63,700 nucleotides of DNA from an uncultured virus (IMG/VR IMGVR_UViG_3300045993_000394) (Duplodnaviria; Heunggongvirae; Uroviricota; Caudoviricetes): IMG/VR virus record IMGVR_UViG_3300045993_000394; one strand, 5' to 3'. The notes beneath the pieces were generated by a model that did no database searches, was not told the DNA's origin, and saw only the letters and a list, made by a program, of their open reading frames with translations. The position numbers and the translations under genes were made by a program. The first letter of the stretch is position 1, and each line of letters begins with the position of its first letter. Positions 47,101 to 54,800 of the stretch are shown in pieces.

Positions 47101-47749
47101 GCCATACAGGAAGAGCGATAGAGTGACAGGTAGAACATATACTCTATTGATACCCGCACATAAGCTTGTGTCGGCAGTTAGTGCAGACGACGAGTCAAGC
47201 TCAATATTTAGTGAGCATTCAGACATATTATCCACATTATATTCAGATTTTATAAAGCAAAACGAAATGGCTACAAAGTCGTGGAACATGTACGGTCTAG
47301 CAGGTACCGGTGGAGACAATAGCGAAGGTAAAGGCAAGGTAAAAGATAATAGTCCAAATTCAAAAGGCGGCAGTCGTACAGATGTAGTATATAATATGTC
47401 CATGGTAGCGTCTGACGACGATGGCACAATAAAAGTAGAGATTGGCGACGTCACTAGTCCAACGGCCACCAATAGCCCAACTACAACCAATAACACGGTA
47501 CAGCAGCCACAGACTCCAGCACAGCCAAACGCGCAACCTATGCCTGGACAGTCTGTACAGGCTCCAGCCCAGCCCGGTGCGCAACCGGCACAGACGCAGC
47601 CTGCACCCGCTGTGCAGCCAAATATGCCTGCACAGCCAAGTATGGGACCCAATACAGCGCCCAATACAGCACAACCACCTATTGATCCTAATATGTTGAA
47701 CACTTTGAACAAGAAGCTTGACGACATAAGTAGCAGTATTCAGCGGTAA
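41129..47749 (+). CDS. Giant 2,206 aa protein, probable virion component
   Basis: Intact ORF; Pro/Thr/Ala and Gln/Pro low-complexity linkers; KTA motifs; no catalytic motif recognised. Confidence 0.8.
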   Translation: MSENVMNKSGHAVWTLRMSEVGPIVERKTDDDKDRIVNTNLIEVVEAVQKTAARPNHRKNKNRAKSGPAVEKRLFNGWETEVLNVVGAILKDEAARPEFRGLKNKYDAWRGVKITAPLAGKNVEMTQDQIFGLQDQSVGLKKFAHDYIILKTPDLLARFNKALEFRIAAIKKLETDGKVTKFQIDNTVKGIQGHIDNPKQLLVAGKDVSAFGAVVREMEQRQDLAQRELKVAPADYDAALADFKLIGGNESEFPDKATWQREHAGKYATQKMKDILLGIRKERFKKEQEAHPHVTMDFDAWNKQQSEAVAQRVQQQRQQDADQTKDELWENAPGAAPDYNRENLPRNDQIKGILYAKIPELLNVRKVINDYIDANPHLGQVYDKKAIHDIEQQWQTELNNRNRIIHKIVDRAIEQYTGTYTWLKEERLRILNQVNNKLLRYRLNHVYLGAITRNIYNVMKGPPGYRRPPAATPTPQTTPPTSTAPPAATTPAATAPTVPTVPSVAATPSTATTPSTATTPSVPSTATSTAAPSATAPSSSTAYYLPHEFDTYDQEAYNKIVTSVMKHRQTGVNKAEESCAKVGMSYGQVIESLHDGTLDKTKYVGLLNELNSTFKESVRDIVSETGISEELAELALSNISLDPPDAPGLPDEPAASAPAKPAVADTGTAAVPAAPTVAETGTTKAESVAATPPPPPPDDTEEKTASRKFANLVKSIDEYPVISISGISHVKGVSTRVATRWYNNLIQSGKIKQYANIDGCAIVVNNKYNYRTRKTAEGNIDENPIGDSALSLSDKDILETEVVETIGGQKPPESGVVTQSMSDATKPQVVEDGISDDKMEELDGDINKAIVDYTKHLKRLSTSDQISRHDIYNKIQGKLKRECKDEKVKKYVIQVILDDLLNNRFLYKTSDPDRFSLSLVPTAPVVTNINEIAPGQKSTPEPATKPETEEEAHARGSVDDPLGKMEAKIVDMVVDHIRANLSSQLRIEQMFDIKAVSKIISSMQGINDKQKELYVNVYRRFLTDILASKIRIIEEGGTNTGVHTGSGRADSAINVALTAFEADVHAKLEKEKAAKELANITIEADPRFMAKKQKPAAVDTEKPVVDLDKQIDAAILHDDVMTPAGIYRAEAEGDEVLGTHALLRTTSENATVLSLAESNASQNKIRRSAMKHVYEAYERIIGEKATSLPIGAENAGVNYFTVRCLQARYNRAAPSAMEHHFISDDIETKTAFKDRIKDAQQLMIEINHYTDPQTRMIIDDIRAKLGYVGGENVDATKVYDLLKNPVALDKYIHKETYDAAIAIVEKQLSRKLDKETINGDPAIRFMVVQTARTALEQINFTLSRVFTLPSIDSLSEYAFGEKKHKAKKTPEASNTDYDLSFTNPEMQVLIQNFLLRYIMDGHETEFVRMKQIPKGSQSFYLKLPNGLWIDIYNRHNADMIRVIVDMHLFALSTQYTKIQDDKNKGLKEYTFPYEEVVKVSQELAARRGADDNTKRDAALYLNNVNTLRYLDSITQHLDEPASQISNSPGKVNVTGVHGGKAIEHLTYAIQMEGYTAWAVINSGSTNSRDKAAYQQDPANSPILRDQLVRDDETYEDDEDKDKPRIANIGDSILLRGDAVVYDLYDKDRVFKREVRAPSKVKAYVYDANHNPKELTYGLPVMVPDALPAYLYSIRRKSLELWHTNMAAIKAKADKENIHFEYTTAMRPPKYVLSSMMKQAMDKIDVATQMYGFVVGVEMRAATSIQFTDSIEKNMATHFVRVWFPDFLGITSDQTRRYSGVKINPVLTNIRTKAKEHSIKRKEVIGDACMSAFMKQVHEADKGTGKYISDDGQIVNASTQHVYDWFFDATKDAERLKSGYGCMVNNISIAGAIKSGNRTLIHHYIKTAEGKAGFGFSVDKFITDILSNDELKAVNKEARTYEQALEDEHIKDNGLHNRGVVVQETAVDADKAKTGVSGTEFLSKHDTDDAKDTTEDTPSDDGEEEGKSRGVQPYRKSDRVTGRTYTLLIPAHKLVSAVSADDESSSIFSEHSDILSTLYSDFIKQNEMATKSWNMYGLAGTGGDNSEGKGKVKDNSPNSKGGSRTDVVYNMSMVASDDDGTIKVEIGDVTSPTATNSPTTTNNTVQQPQTPAQPNAQPMPGQSVQAPAQPGAQPAQTQPAPAVQPNMPAQPSMGPNTAPNTAQPPIDPNMLNTLNKKLDDISSSIQR

Positions 47750-47819
47750 TAAATTCCTACCAGACTTTTCTTTTGTTATTATTTAAATAATCGCTACTGG
47801 TGTTGAATAAGGAGCTACA

Positions 47820-48272
47820 ATGGCATTGGTTAAAATCGCCGTGGACGAGTTTGCCAAGAAGTACTGGTCAGAGTTTTATGGCTCTTATGGCAAGCTTTGG
47901 GTGCGAGACATCGCCAAGAAGATCAAGAAGGCCGCTATAGAAGAGTTCGCCCCAGAATACAAGGTGGCGTCTGGCGAGCTTGATTCTTCTGGCGTAGTCA
48001 CCCCATTTGGTCACGCGATCCTTGACAACGGCGGCGTTGCCGTTGAGGGCGTGTTTGATCATGGCTCCATCGGGAAGCACGCCTTCCAGGCCAAGTTTGA
48101 TGAGGACGGCGAAGTTATCAGCTTCGACACCATCAAGCTTACCGCTGGCGAAGGCGAAACCGCGCTCAAGGGCAAGAAGCCACCAAAAGATGGTTCATAT
48201 GGCGAGCCGCAGGGCGATCTGCCAGACACGAAACTGAAGTCTGGTCACGCGAGCACTTCAAAGTCTAAGTAA
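47820..48272 (+). CDS. Probable structural protein (150 aa)
   Basis: AAGGAG SD; GC3-biased codons; KIA/KAA motifs; role inferred. Confidence 0.7.
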   Translation: MALVKIAVDEFAKKYWSEFYGSYGKLWVRDIAKKIKKAAIEEFAPEYKVASGELDSSGVVTPFGHAILDNGGVAVEGVFDHGSIGKHAFQAKFDEDGEVISFDTIKLTAGEGETALKGKKPPKDGSYGEPQGDLPDTKLKSGHASTSKSK

Positions 48273-48321
48273 TGTAGCAATGTAGTACTATATTACAATT
48301 AAGCCTTAGGAGCAATCGTCG

Positions 48322-51300
48322 ATGAATACCAAGATCGCATTAAGAAAACTGACCAAGAACGCCCTTAATGCTGATGGTATCTCATCAGAACAACTATCGA
48401 GCAGAGCAACCGACTTTCTCGATAGGTACAATGAACGTGAAGCAGCCATCTTGGCCAAGAAGGCTGACGAGAAGATAGATTACGTCAGCGTCATCAAGGC
48501 CAAGAATAAGATAGCCGCCGAGGCGTCGGTAGTAGAAGATGTCCCGGTGGCTATGACCTTCTTCGTTCATCAGGCGATTAAGAAGGTAGCTACCAAGTAC
48601 CAGACAGACCGTGGTTTGATGCAAGCCGTCAGTTGTCTTGACGCACTGTGGCGAAAAGACCCAACCGGATCTGTCACCACGAAGCAGCTAGCGGACATTC
48701 GCACTGCTTGCAAGCGTGCAGCGCCAAAGTCCATTGTCGATAGAGTAATCGATACTGAAGTAAGTCGCGTTGGGTATAATAGACTACCAGTTGCGAAGCT
48801 TGCGCGTATAGCAGCTAAGGTCAAGACACAGGAAGACTTTGATAATCTGGTCAAGGCCAACGGTCTTACTTCAGACAGGTCAGATCACGTTCAGTCTCGT
48901 TCGTTGATCATGTCTTTGGTAGCCATGCGCAAGACAGCAGAAGACGACCTTGATGACCAGGAAGGATTTGCTGAGCAAGCCGACATTACCATAGCAGAAC
49001 TGCGCTCTAGCATAAGCGACAATACAGAGATAGATACAAAGAGCGCCCTTGCAACTATTGAAAAAGCACTAAAGAAGTCAGACACCACAGACGAAAATGC
49101 TATGGTTAGCAGTGTTGTGTCGAGCTTACGCGGTTCTGATGACGAGCTTGCTGACGAGCTTGCTTCGGTTGCGAGTTCAGTAGGGACCGGCATTGGTGTT
49201 GGCGGCGATGACACGGACGTGCTTGACGGTGAAGAGCAGGCGTTCGGACTTGAGCTTGAAGAAGGCGAAGAGCTAGACCCACTGGAACACCAGACATCTA
49301 TTCCAAATAATAGACCTGAATACGAAAAAGACACGAGTAGTAAGCCAGAATTTTTAGACGCGATTGAATCAGATGCGTCTGCTCCAACTGGCGCACCTGG
49401 ACGCATGTACGGTGGACCGAAGAGCAAGATTGGTCTTCCGCCAGAAAATGAAGGAATACTAGACGAAACACTTAAAGACCCAGATAGCGTGTACTGGTAT
49501 AGAAAATCAGATAAAGACTACCATAAGCCAACTACTGAAGAGCGTATCGCCGCTAAGATAGCGCAGTTTTCAGACGACGAAGAAGAGTCTGTTGATGAGC
49601 TAGGCGAAGCTACAGTTCCGCCTGATGAAGCACTTGTGATCCCAGAAGACGAAATGTCACTCGCCACAGGCGACGAAGAAATAGATGAAACGCTTGCCGA
49701 TGAGCACGACGAAGAGTTTGGTGCGCCAGAGTCTGATGGTCTGAATAGCGGCCAGATAGACGAGCTTAGCACGCTGAAGGACGAAATTCAGCAAGTAGTT
49801 ACGGACGCCAATCTTCCAGGCATCGAAGAGTACGACGCCCATGAGCAGTCAGAAGGTCACCACGACGCTACGCCACTGACCGACATCGTGCAGTGGTCAG
49901 CCGAAGAAACGCTCATGGAAGACCATGCATCTCCAACTCTTACACCCGGCTGGATAGAGGAAGAGAAGATAGAAATGGGCAAGAAATCCAACCAGGAAAA
50001 GTCCAAGCCCAGCAAAGCATCTAAGCCAACAATTATTACACCAAAAGACGATGCCGCAAATAAAGCGCTTGCTGGTAAGCCGGGTAGCCCAGTTCAGCAT
50101 GGTAGGTTAAAGGGCAAAAAGAAGGCTGTTATGAACAAAGCTTCAGTTGAAGCAGCCATTCTTGACGGTCATGTTGTTAAGTTCGGTTCGTTATCTATTC
50201 ACGTAAACGGCAACGACGAGATTGAGTTCTGGAAGAAAGGCGAAGGTCTATCTTGCCAGCTTTCAGATATGGACATTGCAGTAACCGACTTTATGAAGGC
50301 AGCGTCCGCCGAATTACGTCGAACGATACACCCAATCATTGAGTCGCGTCACTTAGTGCCTGTGCCTTGCTCACGTTGCGCAAGCATTTATGAGTTTGAC
50401 TACACAACAGACGCAGACGACACTTATAAGTGCGCTTGTGGACACAACACGCTAGCGCCGGTTGTAGAATCGCTCGTTAAGAACGCTTCACTTAAAGTGC
50501 AGGCGTCTATTATTATTCGCAGAGAGAAGAACGACGAGCCTGAGTATTTTAAGAATAAGATGACCGAATTCGCCGCAGAAGCAGAAAAGATATCTGGAGT
50601 TAAATTCCACACTGCGGACGAGAACAAAGCTCAGTTCTACGCCGCAAACAACACTGCAGATACTGAATTGCTTAAGTTAGTAAAGACTGAGTTCCCAACA
50701 TCAACTCGTGGATATGCTCGTCTTGCTGACCCGGTTCAGCATGGAAAGATGGAGCAAGATTTCAAATTGAACCACGAAGAAGAAGGCTCCACTGCGCACG
50801 AAACTGGCGAAATTCAAGATGGAGACATGGCAGGTTCGCCAGTATTTAAGCACAATCCTAATGAAGTTACTCCGCAGGGTGAACGCAAAAATCAATACTA
50901 CGTGCCACATACCGCGCCACAGTCTGATCCAGCACTTGAAGTTAGCGATGCAGATATTCTGTCGTCTAAGACGATTGAGCCGCCGCCTGCGCCAACTGCT
51001 TCACAAGAAACATGGCAATGCGATAAATGCAAAACAACAAACGCTGTACCAAATAAATGCTGGAAGTGCAAAGGCAACCGTAAAGCTTCTGTGCGTACTG
51101 CCCAGACTGCTTACAGCAGCGAAGGTATCCCAGGTAGTGGCGATACTGCCGCCCCCACTGGCGACGACGTAGCAGGACCCATTGGTGGCGATTCAGTTTC
51201 TTATTCCAAGTCTGAAGGTGCAGACGCTGACGAGCCGACGCCAGAGGTTATCGGTCGCGCTATTGGTTACTATAAGGATAAGAAGTTGTCTGTTGTAGAA

Positions 51301-51780
51301 GCCATCAAGACCCTTGCTAAGGACTTTAGCAAGTCAGTTGATAAGTGGACCGGTGAGCTTGACGCCATGGTTGTTTCTTCAATCAATCAGTATTACGGGT
51401 CTGCCCGTACTGCTGAGAAGATGCAGGCCATGGTGCACGCCCGTCTTGCCTTCAAGACGCCGAAAGTGCGTAAGCCAACCGACCACGTGTCAGTGGGCAA
51501 GAAGCCACTTGGCGCTGGCAACTCAGACGATGAGGATCCAGGCAAGTTCAAGGCGAAGAAGCCGAAGGCTTCGCACGGTTCGCCTAAGGGCGTCCCGGCC
51601 AAGGGCCTTGGTGACGGCAACTCAGACGAGCGCGACCCAGGTAGCTTTAAGGCGAAGAAGCCTGCCGCTAACGGTCACGTCACGCCAAACTCAAGCGGCG
51701 TGAAGCACGTTACCGATAAGAAGCTTGGTCCAGACTCAGACCATAACGGCAAAAGCATTCCAGTTCCCGCTGTGCGTTAG
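48322..51780 (+). CDS. 1,152 aa acidic protein with zinc ribbons and C-terminal repeats, probable head-associated protein
   Basis: AGGAG SD; CSRC..CACG; RanBP2-like WQCDKCKTTN..CWKC; LG.GNSD..DPG.FKAKKP x2; many [KR][TIV]A. Confidence 0.8.
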   Translation: MNTKIALRKLTKNALNADGISSEQLSSRATDFLDRYNEREAAILAKKADEKIDYVSVIKAKNKIAAEASVVEDVPVAMTFFVHQAIKKVATKYQTDRGLMQAVSCLDALWRKDPTGSVTTKQLADIRTACKRAAPKSIVDRVIDTEVSRVGYNRLPVAKLARIAAKVKTQEDFDNLVKANGLTSDRSDHVQSRSLIMSLVAMRKTAEDDLDDQEGFAEQADITIAELRSSISDNTEIDTKSALATIEKALKKSDTTDENAMVSSVVSSLRGSDDELADELASVASSVGTGIGVGGDDTDVLDGEEQAFGLELEEGEELDPLEHQTSIPNNRPEYEKDTSSKPEFLDAIESDASAPTGAPGRMYGGPKSKIGLPPENEGILDETLKDPDSVYWYRKSDKDYHKPTTEERIAAKIAQFSDDEEESVDELGEATVPPDEALVIPEDEMSLATGDEEIDETLADEHDEEFGAPESDGLNSGQIDELSTLKDEIQQVVTDANLPGIEEYDAHEQSEGHHDATPLTDIVQWSAEETLMEDHASPTLTPGWIEEEKIEMGKKSNQEKSKPSKASKPTIITPKDDAANKALAGKPGSPVQHGRLKGKKKAVMNKASVEAAILDGHVVKFGSLSIHVNGNDEIEFWKKGEGLSCQLSDMDIAVTDFMKAASAELRRTIHPIIESRHLVPVPCSRCASIYEFDYTTDADDTYKCACGHNTLAPVVESLVKNASLKVQASIIIRREKNDEPEYFKNKMTEFAAEAEKISGVKFHTADENKAQFYAANNTADTELLKLVKTEFPTSTRGYARLADPVQHGKMEQDFKLNHEEEGSTAHETGEIQDGDMAGSPVFKHNPNEVTPQGERKNQYYVPHTAPQSDPALEVSDADILSSKTIEPPPAPTASQETWQCDKCKTTNAVPNKCWKCKGNRKASVRTAQTAYSSEGIPGSGDTAAPTGDDVAGPIGGDSVSYSKSEGADADEPTPEVIGRAIGYYKDKKLSVVEAIKTLAKDFSKSVDKWTGELDAMVVSSINQYYGSARTAEKMQAMVHARLAFKTPKVRKPTDHVSVGKKPLGAGNSDDEDPGKFKAKKPKASHGSPKGVPAKGLGDGNSDERDPGSFKAKKPAANGHVTPNSSGVKHVTDKKLGPDSDHNGKSIPVPAVR

Positions 51781-51806
51781 TCATTGTTCTACTACGGGAC
51801 AAACAA

Positions 51807-54800
51807 ATGAAGATTGTCGATACGTTTGCGCGAGCACCCGTTGCATCGAGTACTTCACGCGTAACGCGTGATAGTATTCGTACCGCTGTTGATGATTCAG
51901 CGTATTTAATCGACGCTTTATCTACGCACATGGATAAGCTTGCGCAAGCTGAGCCTGCTGCCCCAGGCGCTGCGGCGTTGCCGCCCGGTATGCCGCCAAT
52001 GCCGGGTGCCGCACCTCCTGCACCGGCTGCTCCAGCCGCGCCTGAAGCGCCTCCTGCGCCACCTGAAGAAGAGAAGCCGGTTAATACCGACACTTCATAT
52101 GACGAGTTGTTCAATAAAGCCACTGAAAGCAGCGCAGCCACAACAGATGCGCTTGCTGCAATAAAGCAAAAAGTTGAAGAAGGCGACATTAAGGACGTTG
52201 CTAACGGCACAGAGCTTACACAAACGCCAGATAAACCATCTAATAGTAATACCAGTGTACAGCCGGGTGCCACGCCTGTTGCGTCTGCGGCGGCAATACA
52301 TGGTAGCACAAGAATGGGTAGCGTTGCGCCAATACACGCTAACATGAGAACGGCAGCGCCAGATCCAGACCCAAAGGCTGCGCCTGCGCCAAAGCCGAAG
52401 GTTGATTTTAAGCAGAAGCTAAAAGACATGGCTGGAACGCCCGGTAATGTGCTACAGTACGAAAAGAGCGTTGCTCCAGCTACAGATTCATCTGTTGCGC
52501 CAGCAGCGCCAGCAGACCCACTTCAGTACGGTACTGGTTCCGCTCCGACCGGTTGGTCTTGGATAGAAGACCGTCGTGCGATTCAGTGGAATAAGAACCA
52601 AGAGTCGCCCGGTGCTAGGCTTGAAGTAGTCGATGGCGTTAAGAAAATATATAAGACATTGCAGGGTGATCTTGTTAAGGCGCGTTCTGACGGCAACAAG
52701 ATAGTGTGGGATCTTATTGAGTCCACTGGTACATGGATACCACCAGAACCGAACCACACTGAAAAGAAGCCAGCTGGGCTACCTCCGTTCGATGAGATGT
52801 GCCCGTCGCCACTTGTCGCCAAGCGTATTTTTGCTCTTGTTCGGTCTGGACAGATAGATAAGATTGATGAACTTAGAGCCAAGAAAGACGAACTTGGCGA
52901 AAAGTTTGTGGACGTTGTGCGTAAGCAGTCGTCTTCGTTGTATATGTACGCACCAGACCCGATCAAGCCAGATAAGAAAGAGCAGTCTGCTCTGTACAAG
53001 GCTATCATTGATGAAGTAAAGCGTCGTAAGCTTGCTGGTGAATCTTTATCTACAGATCCCAAGTTTAAAGTTAAGCCAACAACAAACAAAGATACTAAAC
53101 AGAATCAGGGCAAAATAAAGCGCCAGATTGCGCCAAGTACGCTAATAAGGCGTCTTGGAAGAATCTCGCGCCTGTTCGGCATCTCTAAGATGAAGGTGTC
53201 CGGTAGACATGGTGGCTTTGCTGAAAAGCGGTTCAAAGAGCTATGTGCGGATAGTGCCACTAAGAAGTACATGTACGATTCGTATGGAGTACCAAAATAC
53301 GATAGCCTAAAAGATTTTATTGAACGCGGAGTGAGCGACAGCAACCAGTTGATTGCTGCAGAAGCAATAAAGATGCGCGATGGGCTCAATGCAGACATCA
53401 ACGTCGGCATAAGAACCATTCTTGATGCCGTATATGGTGTAGTTAAGCCAAAAGACCCAAAGGCTAAGCGCGACCCAAAGAAGAAGAACGTATGGGGCGG
53501 CGATAAGAATCAAGAGCATGAAGACATATTGAATTATATGGACACCGAGCACTTTCTTCGTGCAATGATGAAGAGAGACACTTGGCGTCCAGTTCAGGAT
53601 AACTATTCGTCAGGTAAAGAGATTGAAGCTATAAACTTCCAAAGAATGGCTTTGGATTCCATAAAGCTTAAGCCAGAACATTTTTATAAGAAGTGGGCCG
53701 ACACAGAAAGCACTACGTACGAAGATTGGTTCAAGAACGTTTTTGTTAACATGATGCCGTCTTATAAGTCTGCGGCTAGAGATCTTTACAAAAACTATAG
53801 AGCGACAGTCAGGGCGCAGCATAAGACCATTAAAAGAAGGCCAGACCACGCGCCAGATGCGAACATAGAAGAGAGAGAAGGCAAAGACTCACTACCATTT
53901 GATAAGTGGGTTGAACAGCACTACGGGACGCTTGATCTTTGGGAGAATGGCGTCAAAGAATATGAAGCTGTATCTAATCAACTAGAAGACATAGCTCCAG
54001 GTCTTAGCGTTTCTGGCGACTACATAAAGCGCCAAGCCGAGAACATAATCAGGCATAGCGGCAATAACATGTTGGTTGGTAAGTTCGATGTTGAAACAGG
54101 TCAACCAATAGAAGAAGGCATCCCAGAAGGATACAAGAAGAAGAAAGACATAAACGAAGAACTGTATCTAAAGCTTGATAAGATCGCCAGAGAGATCAAC
54201 ACTGGTCCTGATAGGTATGTAACCGGTACGTATCAGCATCAGACTGTGGTCATGTCGAAGATTATCGACCACCACAAGGCATCAGATTATAACTTCTGGC
54301 TTGCGTTCTTGCAGCACGCGAACTCCGAGAGAGAGCGCCTAATTGGCGACCAGATAATCCAAGATTTCAAGCCAATAAAAGAAGCCGACATAAGAAGATT
54401 GCAAGATGAAGTTAGAACACTTGAGCAGCAGCTTGACAACGCAAAGAAAGAAGCGACTTTTACTGACGAAGAAAGTCCTGAGAATAGGGGATCAATTAAG
54501 TACGCAAAAAGCATACTTAATAGTATTAGACGCAAAAATGTTGCATTAAATCATTACGGTATCATACAGCATTTGCGACATGAAATTGCTGCGCTTGAAG
54601 TAGAACAGAAAGAAATTGAAACGCACATCTCACGCAATGACGCCGCATACGAAGCTGGCAAAGATGTTAAGGTTGTTCCGCCAGCCGTAATAGATGAAAT
54701 TAAGACTGCTGGCGCGTCGTTGTTTAAACTTGCTATCGAAGAAGACCCAGACGAAGAAGTTGACAACGAAGAACCAGCTATTGACGAAGATGAAGAAGAA

